Source: Ardenticatenales bacterium (GTDB lineage: Bacteria; Chloroflexota; Anaerolineae; Epilineales; Epilineaceae). Taken from it: a DNA stretch of 64,000 nucleotides. The position numbers and the translations under genes were made by a program. The stretch spans positions 1,319-65,318 of the forward strand of contig JADYYS010000067.1 in assembly GCA_020853525.1 (NCBI GenBank). The letters run 5' to 3'. Positions 1 to 9,300 of this stretch are shown here, one piece after another; position 1 is the stretch's first letter, and each line of letters starts with the position of its first letter. The notes beneath the pieces were generated by a model, which was given only the letters and a program-made list of their open reading frames with translations, did not search any database and was not told the DNA's origin.

Positions 1-3000
1 GCTGACGGTATACGTGCCGTTCCCGTTGTTCACCGTCGACGTGACGTTCTTCGCCACGCCGATCGCCGGCGCCTCGGCGAACGTCACGGGCGTCGGATCG
101 TTCTCGCCCGGCTCGTTCGCATTGTTGTCGCCGTCAGGATCCGGGTTCGTCCCCGCGTCTGACAGGTCGTTCACCGGCGTCCCGCCCGGGCTCGTGCCCG
201 TGGCCGTCGCCTGGTTGTTGTACGGGCCGAGGTTCGCGCCCGGCGTCACCGTCACGTTGATCGGGATCGTCCCACTGGCTCCGACCGCCAGGCTGTCCGT
301 CCCGGCGAGTACGTTCGTGTCGCCCGCGCCGTTGTAGCCGGCGTTGACCGTGAAGTCGCCGCTGACCGCGCTCACGCCGCCGAACGACGTCGCCCCGGCG
401 AACGTCGCCGCCAGGTTGTCCGTCACCTGTACCGCCGACAACGGCACATCACCGAGGTTCTCGACGACGAGGCTGTAGCTGACGGTATACGTCCCGTTCC
501 CGTTGTTCACCGTCGACGTGACGGTCTTCGCCACGCCGATCGCCGGCGCCTCGGCGAACGTCACGGGCGTCGGGTCGTTCTCGCCCGGCTCGTTCGCGTT
601 GCCGTCGCCGTCCGGATCCGGGTCCGTGCCCGCGTCCGACACGTCGCTCACCGGCGTGCCGGCCGGGCTGGTGCCGTTGGCCGTCGCCTGGTTGTCGTAC
701 GGGCCGAGGTTCGCGCCAGGTGTCACCGTCACGTTGATCGTGATCGTCCCGCTCCCGCCGATCGCCAAAGCGTCGGTCCCGGCGAGCACGTTCGTGTCGC
801 CCGCGCCGTTGAAGCCGGCGTTGACCGTGAAGTCGCCGCTGGCCGCGCTCACCGCGCTGAACGACGTCGCCCCGGCGAACGTCGCCGCCAAGTTGTCCGT
901 CACCTGCACCGCCGACAGCGCCACATCGCCCAGGTTCTCGACGAACAGGCTGTAGCTGACGGTATAGGTCCCGTTCCCATTGTTCACGTTGGACGTGACG
1001 GTCTTGGCGATGCCGATCGCCGGCGCCTCGCCGAACGTCACCGGCGTCGGGTCGTTCTCACCCGGCTCGTTCGGATTGCCGTCGCCGTCCGGATCCGGGT
1101 CCGTCCCCGCATCCGACTCGTCGTTCACCGGCGTCCCGCCCGGGCTCGTGCCCGTGGCCGTCGCCTGGTTGTCGTACGGCCCGAGGTTGGCACCCGGCGT
1201 CACCGTCACGACGAGGGCGATGCTCCCGCTCGCGGCCACTGCGAGGCTGTCCGTGCCGGCGAGAAGGTTAGGATCGGCGTTCCCGTCGTAGCCCGCGTTG
1301 ACGCTGAAGTCACCGCTGTTCACGCTCACGACGCTGAACGACGTCGCGCCGGCGAACGTGGTCGCCAGGTTGTCCGTCACCTGCACCGCCGACAGCGGCA
1401 CGTCGCCCAGGTTCTCTACGAGCAGGCTGTAGCTGACGGTATATGTCCCGTTCCCGTTGTTCACCGTCGACGTCACGCTCTTGGCGATACCGATCACCGG
1501 CGACTCGCCGAACGTCACCGGCGTCGGGTCGTTCTCACCCGGCTCGTCGGCGTTGTTGTCGCCGTCCGGATCCGGGTCGACGCCGTCGTCCGACACGTCG
1601 TTCACTGGCGTCCCGCCCGGGCTCGTGCCCGTGGCCGTCGCCTGGTTGTCGTACGGTCCGAGGTTACCGCCCGGCGTCACGGTCACGACGAGGGCGATGC
1701 TGCCGCTCGCGCCGACCGCCAGCGTGTCCGTCCCGTCGAGGAGGTCCGTGTCCGCGTTGCCGTCGTAGCCCACGTTCTCCGTCAGGCTCGCGCTCGTCAC
1801 GCTCACGACGCTGAACGACGTCGCGCCGGCGAACGTGGTCGCCAGGTTGTCCGTCACCTGCACCGCCGACAGCGGCACGTCACCGAGGTTCTCGACGACG
1901 AGGCTGTAGCTGACGGTGTACGTCCCGTTCCCGTTGTTCACCGTCGACGTGACGCTCTTGGCGATGCCGATCGCCGGCGCCTCGGCGAACGTCACCGGCG
2001 TCGGGTCGTTCTCGCCCGGCTCGTTGGCGTTGTTGTCGCCGTCCGGATCCGGGTTGACGCCGTCATCCGACACGTCGTTCACCGGCGTGCCGCCCGGGCT
2101 CGTGCCCGTGGCCGTCGCCTGGTTGTTGTACGGGCCGAGGTTCGCGCCCGGCGTCACCGTCACGACGAGGGCGATGCTCCCGCTCGCGCCGACCGCCAGC
2201 GCGTCGGTCCCGGCGAGGAGGTTCGTGTCCGCGTTGCCGTCGTAGCCGACGTTCTCCGTCAAGCTCGCGCTCACCACGCTCACGACGCTGAACGACGTCG
2301 CCCCGGCGAACGTCGCCGCCAGGTTGTCCGTCACCTGCACGCCCGACAACGGCACGTCGCCCAGGTTCTCGACACTGAACAGGTACGTCACCGTGTACGT
2401 GCCGTTCCCGTTGTTCACCGTCGACGTGACGGTCTTCGCCACGCCGATCGCCGGCGCCTCGGCAAACGTCACGGGCGTCGGATCGTTCTCGCCCGCCTCG
2501 TTGGCATTGCCGTCGCCATCCGGGTCCGGGTTCGTCCCGTCGTCCGACACGTCGTTCACCGGCGTCCCGGCCGGGCTCGTGCCCGCGGCCGAGGCCAAGT
2601 TGTTGTACGGGCCGAGGTTGGCGCCCGGCGTCACCGTCACGACGAGCGAGATCGCGCCGGAGCCCATCAAGCCGAGGCTGTCGGTTCCCGCCAGAAGGTT
2701 CGGATCGCCGTTGCCGTTGTAGCCCGCGTTCACCGTGAAGTCGCCGCTCGTGACGCTGGTCACGCTGAACGACGTCGCGCCGGCGAACGTGGCTGCCAGG
2801 TTGTCCGTCACCTGCACGCCCGACAGCACCACATCGCCCAGATTCTCGACGACCAGGCTGTAGGTGACCGTGTACGTGCCGTCGCCGTTGTTCACCGTCG
2901 ACGCGACGCTCTTCGCCACACCGATCGACGGAACCTCGACGAACAGGACCGGCGTCGGGTCGTTCTCGCCCGCCTCGTCGGCATTGCCGTCGCCGTCCGG

Positions 3001-3350
3001 GTCAGGATCCGTGCCGTCGTCCGACGTGTCGTCGACGACTGCGTTGATCGGGCTCGTGCCCGTCGCAACGGCGGTGTTGTCGTACGGCCCGAGGTTGGCG
3101 CCCGGCGTGACGGTGACGGTCACGGTGATCGTGCCGACGGCGCCGATCGCCAGGCTGTCCGTGCCGGCAAGGAGGTTGGTGTCAGCATTGCCGTCGTAGC
3201 CCGCGTTGACTGCGAAGTCGACGCTGGTCACGGCGTCGACCGTGAACGAGGTCGCGCCGGCAAACGTGGTCGCCAGGTTGTCCGTCACCTGCACGGCGGA
3301 CAGCGCCACGTCGCCCAGATTCTCGACCTTCAACTCGTACGTGACGGTGT
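1..3350 (-). repeat. Tandem array of about 7 near-identical ~477-bp (159-codon) coding repeats, i.e. DUF11-type domain units inside the giant gene, which probably continue beyond the window start
   Basis: A recurring 45-mer of the form gctgacggtatacgtcccgttcccgttgttcaccgtcgacgtgacg appears near 1, 478, 957, 1435, 1911, 2388 and 2866. The ggcgtcgggtcgttctcgcccggctcgt motif recurs with the same period. The plus-strand ORF-track entries 14..337, 503..955, 980..1291 and so on are antisense reflections of this periodicity. Confidence 0.85.
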
Positions 3351-6300
3351 GGTCGCCGGTGCCGTGGTTGAAGACCATCGTCACGCGCTTGGCGACGCCG
3401 ATCGCCGGGTTCTCGAGCGACTCGATCTCGAAGTCCTGGTCGACGTAGCTGCCGGCCAGCGCTACGGCCAACGTGATGTTGTCCGGATTGCCGCCGTCAC
3501 GGTCAGCCAGGCTCGTGAAACCGAGCGGGTTCGTCTTCGTGACCTGGCACAGGCCGGGCGCCACGCCGGTGAAGGCGTAGTCGCCGCTGGCGTTCGTTGT
3601 CGTGTTCTGCGTGGTGTCGTCACCCGTGCCCAGATAGCCGTCCAGGCCTGCGCAGGTCAGTGTGAGCGCCACGAGCTCGACGGGGATCTCGGTCGGGGGC
3701 TCGGCCAAGCCGTCGCCGTCGGCGTTGTAGACGACGGTGCCGCTGATCGTGGCCGGCTGGTACTGGTAGCCGAAGTCGAGCCCGGTGATGTCGGCGTTGA
3801 CGTTGATCGGCGGCGTCGGCGCTTCGGTCGGTCCGTAGGCCATCGATGGGAGGTCGAGCTCATCGGCGTCCAGCACGGTGCACACGCTGCCGTCGGGCAC
3901 GCCCGCCACGGACCACGCGCCGCCGAATCCCGTGACGGCCATGAACGTACCGGTATCGCACTGCACCGTCACGTCGACCCCGGCGAAGCCTGGCTCGCCG
4001 TCGTCGTTGCTGTTGCCGTTCAAGTCCTCGTACACCCGCCCGCTGAGCGTGCGCAGGATGCCGGGCGGCTGGTAGCCGAAGTCGAGGCCGAGGTCGTCGC
4101 CGCCGCCCGTCACCGTGGCGGAGCCCTCGCCGTCGCAGACCGTGCACGTGCCGGCCTCGTCGGGGTCGGCGGTCTGGACGAAGCCGCCCGGCACGGAGGC
4201 CGCGACGACGCGGACGATGTACGTGGCGTCGGCCAAGCCGACGAACAGGTAGCTGCCGCCGCCGTCCGTCGCCTGGGTGTCGAGCAGCATCGTGCCGGTG
4301 GCGTCGTACAGCTGGACCGTCACGCCGGCCAGGCCGGGCTCGCCCGGGTCCTGCATGCCGTCCCCGTCCGCGTCGAGGAACACGGTGTCGCCGACCGTGC
4401 CGCCGTCGTCCAGGCCGAAGTCGAAGCCGCCCAGTTCCTGACCGGCGGCCAGGAGCGTGTTGTAGAAGGTCGGCGTCGTGGCATCGACCAGCCCGGCCGG
4501 GATGTCGGGGTCCGTAGCGTCATAGCGGATGACGTAGTCGCCGGGCGTCAGGATGAACGTGTACTCGCCGACGCCATCCGTCACCGTCGACGGCTCGCCC
4601 GGGTCGAGCGTACCGTCGTCGTCGAGGTCGATCCAGACCGTCACGTTGGCCAGCACGATGTCGCCGCCGTCCAGTGACCCGCCGTGGTTCACGTCATGGA
4701 AGACGTGGCCCTCGATCTCGCCGGCCTCGATGAAGCCGAAGTCGGCCGTCAGCCGGTCCTCGCCGGCGCCCAGCACGACGGCGATCTCGCTGCCGGTCGT
4801 CGCGACCATGCGCCCGATCTCACCGGCATTCGCGCTCGACGGCGGCGCCGGCACCTGCTGCTCCTCGGCCCGAACGACGTAGTTGCCGGGCGGGAGGTTG
4901 TCGAACAGATAGGCGCCGTTCGCATCGGTCACCGTAACGGCCACGATCGTCTCGCCCGGGTCGATCTCGCCGTTGCCGTCCGCATCCTCGTACAGCACGA
5001 TCGTCGTGTTCGGCGCGCCGCCTTCGCCCCCGTCCTGTACGGTGTCGCCGTCGAGGTCGTACCAGGCGCGGTCGCCGATCGATCCGGACCAGTTGTAGCC
5101 GAAGTCGGCCACGAGGTAGTCGGTGTTCGCCGCCAGCGTAACGTCGTGCGGCTCGGTGCCGCCGACGAGGTCCATCGCAGCGGCCAGCGTCGCCATGCCG
5201 CCGGACGGCGTCGTTACCAGGCTCGCCGCGTCGACGCTGACGAGGAAGTCGCCGGCATAGACGTTGTCGAACAGGTACAGGCCGTCGGCATCCGTCGTCG
5301 TCGTGTCGATGAGGATGTCGGTCGGGTCGATGACCCCGTCATTGTCCAGATCGCGGTACAGGTGGACCGTGATCGACGGCAGGCCGTCCTCGTCGACGTC
5401 CTTGATGCCGTCCTCGTCGGCATCCAGCCAGACGGTGTCGCCGATCGAACTGCCGTCGCTGTTGAAGCCGAAGTCGGCGTCGGTGATCTGCGCCGTCGCC
5501 AGCGTGGCGCCGAGCGTGCGCATGAGGGTCTGCGTCGTTGTCGGGTAGTAGCCGCTCGGATAGGTCGTCGAATCCGTGCGCACGGTGTACATCGTGCTGA
5601 GCGAGAGGCCGGCGATCTGATAGTGCCCGGCGGCGTCGGTGGTGTCGAACGGCTCGCCGCCGTCCCGTACGCCGTCGTTGTCGAGGTCGATCCACACGAT
5701 CACGCCCGCCAGGCCCGGCTCGCCCGCATCCTGCACGCCGTCGCTGTCGACATCGGCCCAGACCCGGTCGCCGATGCTGCCCGTCGTGGCCGTTTCGGCC
5801 GGGTTGCTGGTGGCCAGGAGGGTCGGTCCGTCGAAGAACTCCGCCGTGTTCGTCACGACGTCGACCGTCAGGGGGTCGTTGATCGTGACCTGGAACGAGA
5901 GCTGCGGCGCCACGATGACGCTGTTGGAAGTGGACGACGACCACGTCGTCGACCCGTTCGTCGCGCTGGCGCTGAACGTGAGACCGCCGACCGTCCCGGC
6001 AACGCCGCTGGCCGTACAGCTCCAGGTGAACAAGGCCGACCCATTGGCCGGTACCGTCTGCGATGCCGGCGAAGCGGCGCCGCACGTGGCCGTGGCGCCG
6101 CCGGTCCCGGCCACGGTGAGCGCACCGGGCGCGACCGACGTCACCGCCACGCCCGACGAGTCGGTGAGCGTCATCGCGACGTTCACCGTGTCGCCGCTCT
6201 GGACCAGCGTCGGCCCGGCGGCGATGTTGTTCGTGCCGGTGGGGTTGGCCGGGGGGATGCTCCAGTTGACGGTCAGCGTCGGGCGCCGGGTGGCGGTGCC

Positions 6301-9300
6301 CTCTTCGCTGGCGTAGTACTGGACCTCGCCTGTGTCCGTGCCGGTGGCGAACAGGACCAGACCATTGTTGGGCTGGGCACCGGTGTACCACTGGCTGACC
6401 AGGCTGGTGATGACCGCCGTCTTGCCGCCGGTCGTCGACGGCGTGATCGTGCCTTCCGTCGTCGCGTTGTAGTCGCTGCTGCCGAACACGCCGCCGCCGC
6501 TGGCCCAGTCGATGCCGCCGGCGCCGTCGGGGTCGTTCCAGGTCGTGCTGCCCTCGGTCCACGCCGTGACGACGCGGTGGATCTCATCGACGTGGTTGTT
6601 CTTCTTGGCCCGGACCTCCATGCGCAACGTCGCCTGGGAGATCGTCGCGCCCGCCGGCACCGTGCTGAGGTCGAAGCGCACGAGCGCGTGCCGTTCCTGC
6701 GTAGCCGGGCTCGGCTGGACGCGCAGGCGGTTGTTGGCGCCGGTGTTCGTGTTCGCGTTCGCCTCGTCGATGTCGGCGTCGACGACGCCGCTGTCGCGGA
6801 GGATCGTCGTGCCGGCACAGCCGTTCGGCGTGTACGTGATCACGATCTGCGGTCGTTCGCTGGCGGTCCCGGTGGTGCGCGGTTCCCAGCTCACCGTGTT
6901 CGTGGCTGAGCCGACGGGCCACATCGTCAGGCCGCGGTTCGTGCCGCCGCTCAGCCAGCCGCTCACGACGGTGTCGAGCGCTGCGCCGCTGATGTTGTAC
7001 GTCGTGCCGTTGGTGGTCGGGTTGAACGTGCCGAGGGTTGTCGCGCTGAAATCGCTCGTGCCGAAGTTGCCCGCGGCGCTCAGCCAGTCGTCCGTGCAGT
7101 TCGGGCCTTGCCACGCGGCGCCGTTGCCCGACGAGGCACAGGGGTCGTCGTTGCCGGTGCCCTCGGTGAACGATGTGAGCAGGTCGTGGATCTCGACCTG
7201 CCGGTTGGCGCCGGCGCCGCCGCTCGTCGTCAGGTTGAGCGTCGCGCCGTTGAACGTTGCGCCGGCCGGCAGCGTCGACGCATCGATCGTGAACTGCAGC
7301 AGGCCAACCGCCTTGTTGGCGGCCGACGAGGTGTCGATCGAGGTGTCGGTGCCGTGGTTCTGATCCACATCGGCCTGCTCGAGCCAGGTGTCCTTGGCGG
7401 CGACGATGGCCGTGGTCGTCTGGCACGCAACGGGCGGCGTGCCGCCCTTGAACCCCTCGGTACCGATCGTGTTGCTGCCCAGGTCCCATTGCACGGAGTC
7501 GATCCCGCCGGTCGTCAGCACCGCGTCGTCGTCCTGGTCGACGAACTCGCCGCCGGCGTTCGGGCTCGTCGGGGGCGTATCGACGCCCGTCGTCCCGGCC
7601 GGGATCGTGTCGACGATGACCGCGCTGCTGAGCAGCTCGTTGCCGGGGTAGCGCGGCGTGATGGTGTAGGTCAGCGTGGCGCCGGTGCCGGCGAAGGCGG
7701 TGTCGACCGACTTGGCCAACGACTGGACGAACGGGAAGTCGGCCGTCAGCTCGTCCTCGCCTGCCGACAGGTCGACCGCGATGCGATCGACGACGCCGGC
7801 GTAACCGGCCGGGATGTCGGGATCGCCGCTGTCGATGTCCACGATGTAGTCGCCCGCACCGAGCGTGTCGAACAGGTAGGTGCCGTCCGGACCGGTGACG
7901 GTGGTGGCCAGGAGCGGCTCGCCGGGATCGAGGATGCCGTCGCCGTCCGTGTCCTGGTAGAGGTCGATCGTGACGCCCGAGATGCCGGCCTCGCCGGCGT
8001 CCTTGACACCGTCGCCGTCGTCATCCTGCCAGACCTGGTCGCCGATCGAACCGGGCACTTGGCGCCAGAAGCCGAAGTCCGCCGCCGTGTAGCTGCCGGC
8101 CAGGTTGGCGACGGCATGCGGATCGGACGTGGACGAGACGAAGCTGTCGGGGCTGAAGTAGGCCACGAGATCGGGGTCGGTTTGGACGACATCCACGATG
8201 TAGTCGAGCCCTTCCGCCAGACCGGCAAAGCTATAGAGGCCGCTGCCGTCCGTCGTCGTCGTAGCGACGAGAAGGTCGGTGCCGACGTCGATGACGCCGT
8301 CGCCGTCGGTGTCCTCGTACAGGTTCACCGAGACGTTGGCGATGCCGACATCGCCCGCGCCGGGGTTGTACATACCGTCGTTGCCGAGATCCTCGAACAC
8401 GAGGTCGCCGATGCTGCCGGTGCCGGCCGGGTCGTAGCCGAAGTCGATCGTGTTGTTGATCTCGTCCGTCGCCAGCGTGACGGATCGCGGCTCGGACGGC
8501 GTCGTCAGCGTGTAGCCGGCCGGGACGCCGGACGCCACGTCGACGCAGTAGCTGCCGGCGGTCAAGCCGGCGAAGCCGTAGGCGCCGTCGGCGTCGGTGT
8601 TCGTCGTCTGCAGCACGGGCCCGCTGGGCGGGCAGCTGCCGCCGTACAGGTTGAGAGTGACGCTCGGAATGCCTTCCTCGCCCGCGTCTTGGACGCCGTC
8701 GCCATCCCAGTCGCGCCAAACGAGATCGCCGATCTTGGCGCCGCCGACAGTGACACAGCCGTCCGAACCGGTCGTCGTCGGCACGCCGTTCTGCGTCGTC
8801 GTGTAGACGTTGCAGTAGGCACCCGGTGGGAGGTTGAGCGCGCTCTGGGCGGTGAACACGAGCACGAGCTGGTTGCCGGCGTTCACCGCCGCCGGCACGG
8901 TGAACATCGGCTGGTTGGGGTTGGCGTTGTTGACGGTCGTCGAGCCGGTGGCGTTGGCGCCGTTGACGGTGACGCTGACGAGGGCGGTGTAGCTGAAGCC
9001 GGTCGGCAGGTACTCCTGGATCGTCACCGGGCTGCCGGTCGGGCCGGTGCCGATGTTCTTCACCAACAGGGTGTAGTTGACCGACCCGCCCGGGGCAATG
9101 CTCGTCGGGCTGACCGACTTCGTGTTGTTGAGGATCGGAATCGCCCCGACACAGATCGTCTCGGTCGAGCGCTGCGGTCCGAGTTGGTTCGAGGTGACGG
9201 TTACGATGTTGTCGAGGCAGCCCGAGCCCGTGGCCTTGACGGTGACGAGCGACTCGAACTTCTGGCCGGGCTGCAACGTCCCGACATTCCAGACCAGGGG

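Noticed and set aside
14-3448. Series of 80-150-aa plus-strand ORFs with a repeated [28 protein letters not shown] pattern
   Set aside because: They are mirror images (antisense) of the 477-bp DUF11 tandem repeats of the minus-strand giant gene. The periodicity comes from the sense-strand repeats, not from independent genes.
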